64,000 bases of DNA from an uncultured virus (IMG/VR IMGVR_UViG_3300023239_000006) (lineage: Duplodnaviria; Heunggongvirae; Uroviricota; Caudoviricetes), in IMG/VR virus record IMGVR_UViG_3300023239_000006, positions 62,001 through 126,000 of that record; one strand, 5' to 3'. The notes below the pieces were generated by a model. It searched no databases, was not told where the DNA came from, and worked only from the letters and a program-made list of their open reading frames with translations. Below, one piece after another: positions 1 through 8,190 of this stretch; the stretch's first letter is position 1, and every line of letters starts with the position of its first letter. Both the position numbers and the translations under genes were made by a program.

Positions 1-22
1 ATTGTATTTATCGGAGAAAAAT

Positions 23-889
23 ATGAATCAAAATGTAAATATACCGCAAACGCCAAAATTAAATCCTTTGGCTAATTGGTATAGACAGCCTAAAATCTAT
101 GTGAGATTGCCTAGTCAAGGTCGATTCTATCCCCCAGGTGCATTAGACGTTAGTGCAAACGAAGAATATCCTGTATACTCAATGACTGCCAAAGACGAGT
201 TAATGTTTAAAACTCCTGATGCACTGTTAAGCGGGCAAAGTACAGTTGAAGTTATTAAAAGTTGTATTCCTGCTATTTTAGATCCCTGGGCAATGCCCAG
301 TATTGATCTAGACTTTGCACTCATTGCTATCCGCATCGCTACCTACGGCGAAAACATGGAAGTTAGAGTAGACTGTCCACATTGCAAAGAAGAAAATACC
401 TACGATATCAACCTGTCAGACTGGATTGGTATCTTTAGCCAATTTACTTACAATTCAATTGTAGAAGCTGGGCCGCTAAACGTGCATGTGAGACCTTACA
501 ACTATAAAGAAGTTACAAAAGCATCAATTAAAACACTAGAGCAACAGAAGATCTTTGGCATTATTAACAATGAAGAAATCAGCGATGAACTAAAGTTAGA
601 AAAGTTTGGTGAAAGTTTTGTTAGACTAACTGAACTCACAGTTGATATTATTGCAGATTGCATTACACATATTGAAACTCCAGACGGATCCACTGACGAT
701 AAAGTTCAGATCAAAGACTTTATTAATAATTCATCTAAAGATGTATTTGAAGCTATCCAAACACACATTACTAAAATTAAAGATACTATAGAGTTTAAAG
801 CAAAAGATGTCCAATGCGGAGACTGTCATAAGGAGTTCTTACTACCTGTGACAATGGACCAATCAAATTTTTTCGCAGTAAAATCTTAA
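23..889 (+). CDS. T4 gp26-like baseplate hub / tail assembly protein
   Basis: 'LPSQGRFY...MTAKDEL...DLDFALIAIRIATYGE...CPHC' pattern and a second CxxC near the C-terminus are typical of gp26-like proteins. Start moved from TTG (2) to ATG at 23, which follows GGAG at 13-16. Confidence 0.75.
   Translation: MNQNVNIPQTPKLNPLANWYRQPKIYVRLPSQGRFYPPGALDVSANEEYPVYSMTAKDELMFKTPDALLSGQSTVEVIKSCIPAILDPWAMPSIDLDFALIAIRIATYGENMEVRVDCPHCKEENTYDINLSDWIGIFSQFTYNSIVEAGPLNVHVRPYNYKEVTKASIKTLEQQKIFGIINNEEISDELKLEKFGESFVRLTELTVDIIADCITHIETPDGSTDDKVQIKDFINNSSKDVFEAIQTHITKIKDTIEFKAKDVQCGDCHKEFLLPVTMDQSNFFAVKS
865..874 (+). other. candidate -1 programmed ribosomal frameshift site (A AAT TTT / T TTT TTC)
   Basis: In-frame codons TCA AAT TTT TTC contain two overlapping X XXY YYZ heptamers, and the -1 frame is open to 1101. 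Confidence 0.6.
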
Positions 890-897
890 ACAGCCCT

Positions 898-1101
898 TTG
901 CCGGAGATTTTACAGATAGCCAAACGGATGGAGTCTGAGGTTAAGGGAATCAAGAAAGACGTTCTCAAAATGTGTTGGTACATGAGAGGTCTTTCTTATA
1001 GTGAAGGCATGAATCTAAGTCATGATGAAAGAGAAATTGTTGCTGAGATTATTAAAGAAAACTTAGAGACTACAAAGAAAACTAACTTACCTTTCTTTTA
1101 A
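898..1101 (+). CDS. small gp51-like baseplate/tail assembly ORF (possibly the -1 frameshift extension of the upstream gene)
   Basis: 67-aa ORF ('LSYSEGMNLSHDERE'). TTG start with no clear RBS. Frame is open from 832 and overlaps the 3' end of the upstream gene in the -1 frame. Confidence 0.55.
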   Translation: MPEILQIAKRMESEVKGIKKDVLKMCWYMRGLSYSEGMNLSHDEREIVAEIIKENLETTKKTNLPFF

Positions 1102-1105
1102 TCAT

Positions 1106-1133
1106 AAAAAAGCCTGCTTAAAGCAGGCTTTTT
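1106..1133. terminator. bidirectional intrinsic terminator
   Basis: AAAAA-AGCCTGC-ttaaa-GCAGGCT-TTTT: GC-rich hairpin flanked by A and T tracts, between convergent genes. Confidence 0.85.
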
Positions 1134-1147
1134 GTTGGCTGTATATA

Positions 1148-1714
1148 TTACTTTTGACGGAACAATGTAAAGCCTTCGGCAACTACTTTACCGCTATTAA
1201 CTTTACTTTGAGTCTGCATAGCTGGTTGAGCTGGTTGAGCTGCTGCTCTGCCAGTAACTCTAACTGGATTTTTGCGTACAGGAGCCGGCGCTGTCATTGA
1301 AGTTTGTAGCATAGCAAGAATTTTCTGTTTCTCGCTAGGCTTTAAAGTGGCAATGGCCTGCTGTGCTTGTTTGTACCCAGATGCTGCTGCCATTGGTGCT
1401 GCGTTCTTAGGAGCTGCTTTCTTAGGAGCTGCTTTCTTAGGAGCCGTAACTTTAGCATATTCATCGTCATATGCTTTTTTCACAGCTGGATCTTGTTCTG
1501 CATCTGGTTCTGCATCTGGAACATCACCTGCAATGTTTGCAGTAGAAGTAGCTTTACCTTTTTGGTACGCTTTCTTAACGCCACCTGCAATGCCGCCAAT
1601 CATACCAACGCCTTTAGCAACCCCGCCAATGCCCTTAGCTAGTCCACGACCAATAGCACCTAACGGTCCTTCTTCAAGTTCTTGTGATTCAGTTAAGATT
1701 TCAGTTAGTCGCAT
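1148..1714 (-). CDS. Ala/Lys/Pro-rich hypothetical protein, probable internal head protein
   Basis: 188 aa. N-terminal 'LTE ILTE..LEE' motifs resemble T4 gp21 protease sites. Contains PKKAA repeats. AGGA RBS and an upstream ATAAATA late-type motif. Confidence 0.6.
   Translation of the reverse strand: MRLTEILTESQELEEGPLGAIGRGLAKGIGGVAKGVGMIGGIAGGVKKAYQKGKATSTANIAGDVPDAEPDAEQDPAVKKAYDDEYAKVTAPKKAAPKKAAPKNAAPMAAASGYKQAQQAIATLKPSEKQKILAMLQTSMTAPAPVRKNPVRVTGRAAAQPAQPAMQTQSKVNSGKVVAEGFTLFRQK
1398..1444. repeat. 15-bp tandem repeat x3 (encodes PKKAA)
   Basis: GCTGC(G/T)TTCTTAGGA at 1398, 1413 and 1428. Confidence 0.85.
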
Positions 1715-1763
1715 TTTAATTCATTCCTAGGCATATGTTATAATCTTTTTCAGATCTATAGTT

Positions 1764-1770
1764 TATTTAT
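1764..1770 (-). promoter_or_regulatory. T4-type late promoter-like motif (ATAAATA)
   Basis: Plus-strand TATTTAT about 50 nt upstream of the 1714 start. The same motif recurs in front of structural genes. Confidence 0.5.
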
Positions 1771-1776
1771 TACAAT

Positions 1777-2296
1777 AATGAGCTAAAGCTCATTTGCTTT
1801 TTCGCTCACGCTCAAAGCACTTCTTTTATTTAACAGTATTTTAAGAGATATGTTATTAATGCAATTAAGTATTATGCAGATTGTTCAGTCACACTTAGCC
1901 CTTGCGGGCTAAGAAAATCTAGCATTATGCGAGTTGCACAGTACACAGTAGCGTTAGAACTATAAGCATTGCTGCTTGCGTAGGCGGTTATCCGGTACCT
2001 ACTCATTCCGTCTTAATAATAACGGCGAATTACTATGCACACGCTATCGCACATAGTAATCGTGGGTCTCTCTCCCATCTTTTAGCCTTTTTTAATATTC
2101 TCTTTATAAATCAAACCGGTTGTACGTAGGCGTATCCGATCGTCGTCCTGTTAAGGATAGTGATTTATAACCTCTTCACCAAGTAGAGATTCCTTACCGT
2201 CACACATCAGAACGGATTTGGGGCACAGTTATAGTCGCCGGTGCGGGCTTTTTTGGTGATTAAATGCCTGGATTTGTTGAAATTGTCTGTGCCTAG
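1777..2296 (-). ncRNA. candidate large structured non-coding RNA (~520 nt)
   Basis: The only long ORF-free gap in the window. At least 10 inverted-repeat helices, three closed by GNRA loops when read on the minus strand (GCAA 1894-1913, GCAA 1964-1977, GUGA inside 1795-1819), plus long-range pairings. Boundaries approximate. Confidence 0.7.
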
Positions 2297-2311
2297 CGGC
2301 AATGGTGTTGC

Positions 2312-2746
2312 TTAAATTTTGGGTTTTTTGAGGATATGTGAGCCGTGAACTCGAACCTGTATGTGACCGTTGTACCAGTCAGTAGATTCTAGAACTTTGT
2401 GTTTAAATTGTTCTCTTGCCTCGATGTAGCTGCATTCTGATTTGTTTTTGCAGTAAAATAGAATTTCTCTGGTGAAGTTATTTTTGCCTAAAGTCTTAAT
2501 ATCTGCTGTAAGCGCATCGCTAGAACCATAATAGTCCTTCCAATCGCTTTCAATCTTGCCTCTAATTTTCTTTTTTTTCTTAGTGCCGTTCTTAAGTGTA
2601 ACTGTTTTATAAGTTGTTTTTGCGAACTTTGCTAGTTTTTTGCCTATATACTTGCGCCCAGAGATGACATTGGTAATAAGATATACGAAACCGATATAAT
2701 CTTCGGAGATTGCAGTAATTTCTTTCTTCTTATAGTACCATGTCAT
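2312..2746 (-). CDS. stand-alone GIY-YIG family endonuclease
   Basis: GFVYLITN...KYIGKK, YYGSS, REIL, conserved E (IEARE) and YN motifs. No appended DNA-binding domain. Confidence 0.85.
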   Translation of the reverse strand: MTWYYKKKEITAISEDYIGFVYLITNVISGRKYIGKKLAKFAKTTYKTVTLKNGTKKKKKIRGKIESDWKDYYGSSDALTADIKTLGKNNFTREILFYCKNKSECSYIEAREQFKHKVLESTDWYNGHIQVRVHGSHILKKPKI

Positions 2747-2976
2747 CGAGTACTTATTTTAGGGGGTCTTCCTACCATGCCTTTCCTGGCTGCTTTACGT
2801 TCGTCTCTTTTTGCCTGTATTTCTGTGCGCCTTAAACTTGCCTCATTGCGTATCTCACTCAGCCAATATCGTGCTCTAACACCAGCACTATCTGAACCTC
2901 GATGTTCAAAGCGATCCTGATACTTAAAGTATTCCTGAAAAGCGTGGATCATACGATCATGACTGTCTGTACTCAT
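2743..2976 (-). CDS. hypothetical protein (77 aa, basic)
   Basis: Tightly packed between gp46 and the GIY-YIG gene (4-nt ATGA overlap with the latter). Confidence 0.7.
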   Translation of the reverse strand: MSTDSHDRMIHAFQEYFKYQDRFEHRGSDSAGVRARYWLSEIRNEASLRRTEIQAKRDERKAARKGMVGRPPKISTR

Positions 2977-4758
2977 TTATTGTACTATCTCTACGTCGTT
3001 GCTGTAAGTGGTAAAGCCGCCTTCTTTTATTACTTTGAGCACATGATTTACTCGACTGGTTAAATCATCACGGTGACTGATCAAGAACACATTCTTATCA
3101 CGCTCGCGAGTCATCTTTTTAAGTACACTAATAGAACTTTCAACACCGCTAGCGTCCATACCGCTATCAACAAGCTCGTCAATAAACAATAAGTTGATAC
3201 TATGATATAAGTTTTCCCACACATCACGGAATGCCCAGCTCATACTTAGAATTAATCGATTACGTTCACCACGTGATAAGTTATCAAAGTCTAGATCTTG
3301 GCCTAACTGTGTAATAATAACACTCAAGTCATTCTGGAATTCAACGATATGTGGCAACCCAATCTTATCGAGGTAATATGTTAGGCGTTGATTCAAGTGC
3401 GCTAAGTTTTGATCAATAATTCGTTTGCGTACAAAACTATCTTTATTTGTTAGCAACTTGTGCAGGAACTCTTGATGCTCTTTGATGCGGTTAGCTTCAT
3501 TTACAGCTTGCCAGTTAATTTCCTGAACCGCACTTTTCTTAAGTTCGTTAATCTGTTCAAGATACGGATTATTATCACCTTCTTTAATTTCTAAATCTTT
3601 AATTAACCCGTTGATAGTATTCTTATGATTAAGTGCTTCCTCTAAGCTGTCGTACTGTACTCTAGGACAATCACCCAATTCACCAATTTCTTTCAAGGCA
3701 AATTCAGTGTCCATAATTATTTCCCCGGCAGATTCGAAGTTAACAGTAGCTTCTTCGAGATCTTTAAGTTTACCGGAAAGTACAGACTCATGTTTTTCAT
3801 CGTGAAATTCTTGTCCGCAGGCATGACATTGGTGATTTTTAAGAGTAGCAATTTCAGCAGTTAGCTTATCGAATCGTTTTGTATCTTTATCTTGTTCTAA
3901 TCGAGTGCGTTGCATTGCGCTAGTTAAATCGTTAATGTCTTTACGTTTTTCATTGTAGAGAGCAAGAGCCTTATGATTAACAATTTCAACTTCTGGATCA
4001 ATAGTACTAAGCGTGTCAATGCTCTTTAAAATATTTTCGATATTTTTTTCTTTAGTCTCATCCCACAGGCGCTGTTTTCGTTCTAGCGCATCGATACTCT
4101 GCTGTATACGCTCGTTGGACACTTTGATAGTTTCAATGCGAGTGTTTTCTGTCGTAATTGAATCTTTGCTAATACGGATAGCTTCTTTAAGGGTTTCTGC
4201 TTTTTCAGAAAGTAAAGTAATGCCCAATAACTGCTCAATAATGCTGCGTTGTTCACCAGCTTTCATAGACAAGAACGGTTCGGTGTAAGTGTTCAACGCC
4301 ACAAGATGCTTAAACATATCGTGACTCATGCCCATCATTTCTTCGATGGCTTTTTGTGTTTCACGACTATCACCTTGACTTTCGTCTAGGTCTTTAAGAT
4401 ATTGTTCTTGACCATTGATACTAAATTTGAGTACGTTAGGTTTACGGCCACGTTCAATATGATACTCTTGACCATCTTTGTCAAATGTCAGGGTAACTAA
4501 CATACCCTTACCGTTAATCTTGTTAACTAGATTATCTTTTTTGATGTTAGTAAGAGCAGTTCCATAAATGCCATAGCTAAGGCCGTTAATAATAGTAGTC
4601 TTACCAGTACCGTTGCGAGCACCACTATCATCTCCACCAAGGTCTAAGTTTTCACCGAGTACAAGTGTAAGCTGGCCTTTGTCAAAACTAATAGCCTGGG
4701 TTTGATTGCCCACACTCATAAAGTTGCGAACGGTTAAATTCTTTATCTTAATTGTCAT
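2977..4758 (-). CDS. gp46: recombination ATPase, T4 gp46 / SbcC / Rad50-like
   Basis: Walker A NGTGKTT, coiled coil with CHAC zinc hook, LSRGE signature, Walker B LLFIDE, ISH H-loop. Confidence 0.95.
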   Translation of the reverse strand: MTIKIKNLTVRNFMSVGNQTQAISFDKGQLTLVLGENLDLGGDDSGARNGTGKTTIINGLSYGIYGTALTNIKKDNLVNKINGKGMLVTLTFDKDGQEYHIERGRKPNVLKFSINGQEQYLKDLDESQGDSRETQKAIEEMMGMSHDMFKHLVALNTYTEPFLSMKAGEQRSIIEQLLGITLLSEKAETLKEAIRISKDSITTENTRIETIKVSNERIQQSIDALERKQRLWDETKEKNIENILKSIDTLSTIDPEVEIVNHKALALYNEKRKDINDLTSAMQRTRLEQDKDTKRFDKLTAEIATLKNHQCHACGQEFHDEKHESVLSGKLKDLEEATVNFESAGEIIMDTEFALKEIGELGDCPRVQYDSLEEALNHKNTINGLIKDLEIKEGDNNPYLEQINELKKSAVQEINWQAVNEANRIKEHQEFLHKLLTNKDSFVRKRIIDQNLAHLNQRLTYYLDKIGLPHIVEFQNDLSVIITQLGQDLDFDNLSRGERNRLILSMSWAFRDVWENLYHSINLLFIDELVDSGMDASGVESSISVLKKMTRERDKNVFLISHRDDLTSRVNHVLKVIKEGGFTTYSNDVEIVQ

Positions 4759-5765
4759 AGGTTTCTATAAATGTCCAACAACATACCTTTGTCAAATGCA
4801 TCGCTTTCGATAGCATTAATTTGATTCATAACAATTGTATCTACACTTTCAAAGCTAATATCAATTGGAACAGAATTTGATTCTATTTCTACTTTTTCGG
4901 GGATTAACATCAACTCACGTAATTTGTACTGAGGAATAAACTGCTCTTTGATAAAGTTTGCTTCTTCGAACGTAATAGGCAAGTCGATAGTCACACGGCA
5001 ATGCATCTTCTCACGTAGAAGTCCTTCTGGGTCGTCAATAATCTGACTCAGCTTGTAGGTTCTAAACGTGGGCTGCCCTGGCCATGTATGATATTCGGGC
5101 TCATTGCCCCACTCTAGAATCATCATACCGCGAACATCGTCACCTGCATCGGCATAATTATGGGGGAAAGCATTGCCAATGTAGGTTACATTGCCTTTAC
5201 TCTGTCGCTTATGAAAGTGTCCGCTGAATACATACTCTTGTCCACTAAAGTGACTAGCTTGCAACGTTCCGTGATCTGGCATCTGCACCATGGCGTTCAT
5301 ATAGAACAATGGCAACTCTAAGTGTCCAAACACATAGCGGCTTTTAAGTTTAGAAACTCCTCGCCACTCGTCGCCTATTAGCCAAGGCATAATAGTAACA
5401 TCACCTTCTGTTAATTGATCTCTAACAGGAATAATGTTAGGAAACAGTCGCATAAATTCGATGCTATTAATTTCACGCTTGTCTTTGTAGAACAGATCGT
5501 GATTGCCTAGAATAAAATAGACTTTTTCAAAACTTTTGCTCAGCTTCTCTAAGTTGCTCACAGTATAATTCATAGTACTAACGTCTGTAGTACTGCGATT
5601 ATGATGCCAGTCTCCTAGAAAGATTGCAGTTTCGCAACCTTGTTCTTTAGCAGTGTCACAGAACCAAGATACGAAATCTTCGCAATCTTGATTATGTGTA
5701 CGACTACCACTTTTAAGGCCAAAGTGAATATCTGTGAAACAAGCGACTTTTTTAAACAATGACAT
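4755..5765 (-). CDS. gp47: recombination nuclease, T4 gp47 / SbcD / Mre11-like
   Basis: Metallophosphoesterase motifs DIHFG, GDWHH, GNHD and GHFH; adjacent to gp46. Confidence 0.95.
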   Translation of the reverse strand: MSLFKKVACFTDIHFGLKSGSRTHNQDCEDFVSWFCDTAKEQGCETAIFLGDWHHNRSTTDVSTMNYTVSNLEKLSKSFEKVYFILGNHDLFYKDKREINSIEFMRLFPNIIPVRDQLTEGDVTIMPWLIGDEWRGVSKLKSRYVFGHLELPLFYMNAMVQMPDHGTLQASHFSGQEYVFSGHFHKRQSKGNVTYIGNAFPHNYADAGDDVRGMMILEWGNEPEYHTWPGQPTFRTYKLSQIIDDPEGLLREKMHCRVTIDLPITFEEANFIKEQFIPQYKLRELMLIPEKVEIESNSVPIDISFESVDTIVMNQINAIESDAFDKGMLLDIYRNL

Positions 5766-5781
5766 AGTATCTCCTAATATT

Positions 5782-5810
5782 ATTATACAGGGTTAAAGAC
5801 AAAATGTCAA
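5782..5810 (-). promoter_or_regulatory. consensus sigma70-type promoter for the gp47-gp46 operon
   Basis: Minus strand TTGACA (5810-5805), 17-nt spacer, TATAAT (5787-5782), then AGGAG RBS (5775-5771). Confidence 0.85.
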
Positions 5811-6659
5811 CTAGTCGTTATCGCCAACAGGAGGTGTAGCTGAAATAGTTGCTCCACCGCCTCCGGACCCACTGTTCTGCCTACTCCAACTTGGGTTCAT
5901 TCCGTTCATTTCAAGAATATCATCTCGAATGTTTTGATTACGCTTCTCAATATTGATAATGCGAACAAAACTGTTAGTAACAGCAGCGGTATAGTAAGCA
6001 AACGGGTTATCACTTTTGCTTTCATCAAATTGTAAACCTATCTGGGTGAGCTGAAGGATTGCTTGACCGCGCATTTCATCGTTGTAAGTATAGCCACGAA
6101 CGTTTCCTCTGGTCGCATATCTTTCACATAATTTTAAAAACATGCGAGCTAGATTGTTAGTCATTTGCCCGTGTTCTTTATTAAACACTCCTGTGGTAAA
6201 ATCACCTTTCCAGTGGCTCTTACCAACTAAGATTAGGTTATTATTAGCATCAAACTTCCAGTGTTGGAACGGAGGAAAATTCACTTTTTCGTGACTATCG
6301 GCAGTATTTTTTAAAGTCTTCTTACGACCCGGAGCAAGCGGAACATGTACAAAGGTCATAACTCTAAAAACTACATCATCTTTCTTGATAGTTTTATAGT
6401 CGATTTCGAATTCTTTAGAAGGTAACTTTTTACCACCTGCAAGTACAGCAGCTTCGTGAGCTAATTTAGCTAATCTTGATGCTCTATTGCGTTTAGCTTC
6501 CGCTATTGTACGAATATTGATCTTTTCTACATTTGGTATAATCATATCATAGTCTGCGTATTCGGGCGCAGAGTAGGTACAAAATGTGTTTTTGCTTCTG
6601 TGGATCTCTTTTAATAGATCTTTGTTAGTTAGATACTTTATTTTGGGTACGGTATTCAT
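5811..6659 (-). CDS. gp55: T4 gp55-like late-transcription sigma factor
   Basis: 'YLTNKDLLKEI...RGYTYNDEM...FDESKSDNPFAYYT...F.R.I..EK' matches the gp55 family, and the gene lies next to gp47 as in T4. Confidence 0.8.
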   Translation of the reverse strand: MNTVPKIKYLTNKDLLKEIHRSKNTFCTYSAPEYADYDMIIPNVEKINIRTIAEAKRNRASRLAKLAHEAAVLAGGKKLPSKEFEIDYKTIKKDDVVFRVMTFVHVPLAPGRKKTLKNTADSHEKVNFPPFQHWKFDANNNLILVGKSHWKGDFTTGVFNKEHGQMTNNLARMFLKLCERYATRGNVRGYTYNDEMRGQAILQLTQIGLQFDESKSDNPFAYYTAAVTNSFVRIINIEKRNQNIRDDILEMNGMNPSWSRQNSGSGGGGATISATPPVGDND

Positions 6660-6706
6660 TATATAAGGATCTCCTGTTACTAATATAATAGCACATTTTT
6701 AATGAA

Positions 6707-6713
6707 ATAAATA
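6707..6713 (+). promoter_or_regulatory. late promoter-like motif (ATAAATA) for the baseplate operon
   Basis: In the divergent intergenic gap, upstream of the GGAG RBS and the 6740 start. Confidence 0.55.
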
Positions 6714-6739
6714 GAGTATAGCGGAGATATTTAACCAAA

Positions 6740-7888
6740 ATGGCACTATCTATAAATCCTTTGGCACAACTGATTTCAACAGCGACATCTAGTATTGCAC
6801 AGGCAACAAATGAAGCAAATGCAGCTCTACCAGGTATAGGGGATGCGTTCTCAAAAGCTAACCTAGACGCTAAGATCGGAAGACTAAGCGGAGAAATTGG
6901 TAGCGGGTTAAACGGAATGACCACAGGGGCTAAGGGGTTACTATCTACAGCAAGTTCATCACTTAATGGAGTTGGCGGCTCTATCGGAAATGCCCTTGGA
7001 CAGATTAATACCACAGGACTCGGCGGACTAGGCACTAGTATCCAAAGCTCAGTAGCAGGCGGTATTAGTAGTCTACAAACGGCAGTTGGGGCAACTAGTA
7101 ATATTACAGCGGATATTTCCGGCACACTTAACAAACTAGCAGGCGGTAATCTCGGCGGCGGATTACAAGCTCTTGCTGGAGATATTAGTAAAGCAGCAGG
7201 CATGCTAAACAATTTTCTAAGCCTAAAACGTGGAGCTAATTTACCAGCCGGTGGCCAGCTATTCACTCAAAACGGACAAGCTATTAAATTACAAGCTAGT
7301 GCCAAAAACGATTGGCGTGTAAGATTAAATGCTAACTGGACATTATTTGACAGTCCGCTGTTTAGCCTGTTGGAGAATACCGGCGGTGTTGTGTGGCCTT
7401 ACTTGCCTAACATCACAGTTTCTACTAAAGCAAATTATAATTCAGTAGAAACTACTCACAGTAACTATCCTACACAGGGATATAAAAACAGTGTAGTTGA
7501 AGACATCTCTATTGTTGGAGAGTTTACTTGCGAAACAGAAACAGATGCCGCTTACTGGATAGCAGCAACTACATTTTTTAAGACCGCTACAAAGATGTTT
7601 TTTGGACAAGGAGCTAATGCAGGTAATCCTCCAATCATTTGCAACCTAAGCGGATATGGATCAAGTGTATTTGATTCAATTCCTGTTGTAGTAAAAAGTT
7701 TTAGCGTAGACCTAAAAGATGATACCAACTATATTCAGTGTAACACCTTTGGAACTAATACTTGGGTACCAGTAGTTAGCACTATTTCAGTTACAGTAAG
7801 TCCAATTTACAACAGAGCAAACTTGAGAAAGTTCAGCCTAGCAGATTATGCCAAAGGCAAAGTAGCATCAAGTACAGGATATATCTAA
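6740..7888 (+). CDS. baseplate tail-tube initiator/cap-like protein (gp48/gp54-like) with Gly-rich N-terminus
   Basis: C-terminal tube-like segment ('PYLPNITV...GNPPIICNLSGYG...IPVVVKSFSVDL'); first gene of the baseplate operon. Confidence 0.55.
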   Translation: MALSINPLAQLISTATSSIAQATNEANAALPGIGDAFSKANLDAKIGRLSGEIGSGLNGMTTGAKGLLSTASSSLNGVGGSIGNALGQINTTGLGGLGTSIQSSVAGGISSLQTAVGATSNITADISGTLNKLAGGNLGGGLQALAGDISKAAGMLNNFLSLKRGANLPAGGQLFTQNGQAIKLQASAKNDWRVRLNANWTLFDSPLFSLLENTGGVVWPYLPNITVSTKANYNSVETTHSNYPTQGYKNSVVEDISIVGEFTCETETDAAYWIAATTFFKTATKMFFGQGANAGNPPIICNLSGYGSSVFDSIPVVVKSFSVDLKDDTNYIQCNTFGTNTWVPVVSTISVTVSPIYNRANLRKFSLADYAKGKVASSTGYI

Positions 7889-7889
7889 T

Positions 7890-8189
7890 ATGGCACAATA
7901 TAAATCTACAAGTCCGTGGGCAGCTACAAGACAAAACAATCTATATTTGGAATTACTAGAAATTAGACCTGTACCTTCTGAACCCGACGATTTTAAATAT
8001 ACGATCGAAAATCAGTATAGGCATCGGCCTGATTTGTTAGCCTATGATTTATACGGTAATGTAAAATTATGGTGGGTATTTGTTCAACGTAACATGAGTG
8101 TTTTACGAGACCCAATATATGATTTTGAACCAGGAACAACCATTTTCTTGCCTAAAAAATCTAATCTAGAAAAATATCTAGGAGTATAA
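7890..8189 (+). CDS. gp53-like (LysM-type) baseplate wedge protein
   Basis: 'RPDLLAYDLYG...LWWVF...N...DP..DF..G..I.LP' motif. Confidence 0.8.
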   Translation: MAQYKSTSPWAATRQNNLYLELLEIRPVPSEPDDFKYTIENQYRHRPDLLAYDLYGNVKLWWVFVQRNMSVLRDPIYDFEPGTTIFLPKKSNLEKYLGV

Positions 8190-8190
8190 A

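Noticed and set aside
1272..1730. Plus-strand ORFs (152 aa, 91 aa) with GAAFL/RSCFL repeats
   Set aside because: Antisense shadows of the 1148-1714 gene and its 15-bp repeat; no RBS.
1777..2296. tRNA cluster or CRISPR mini-array
   Set aside because: No cloverleaf with T-loop GTTC and no regularly spaced direct repeats; only a 12-nt duplicated motif and a 7-bp tandem (1937-1950).
1715..2746. Group I intron carrying a GIY-YIG homing endonuclease
   Set aside because: No interrupted host gene flanks the region (neighbouring ORFs appear complete) and I could not identify P7/catalytic core motifs. Not excluded without cmscan.
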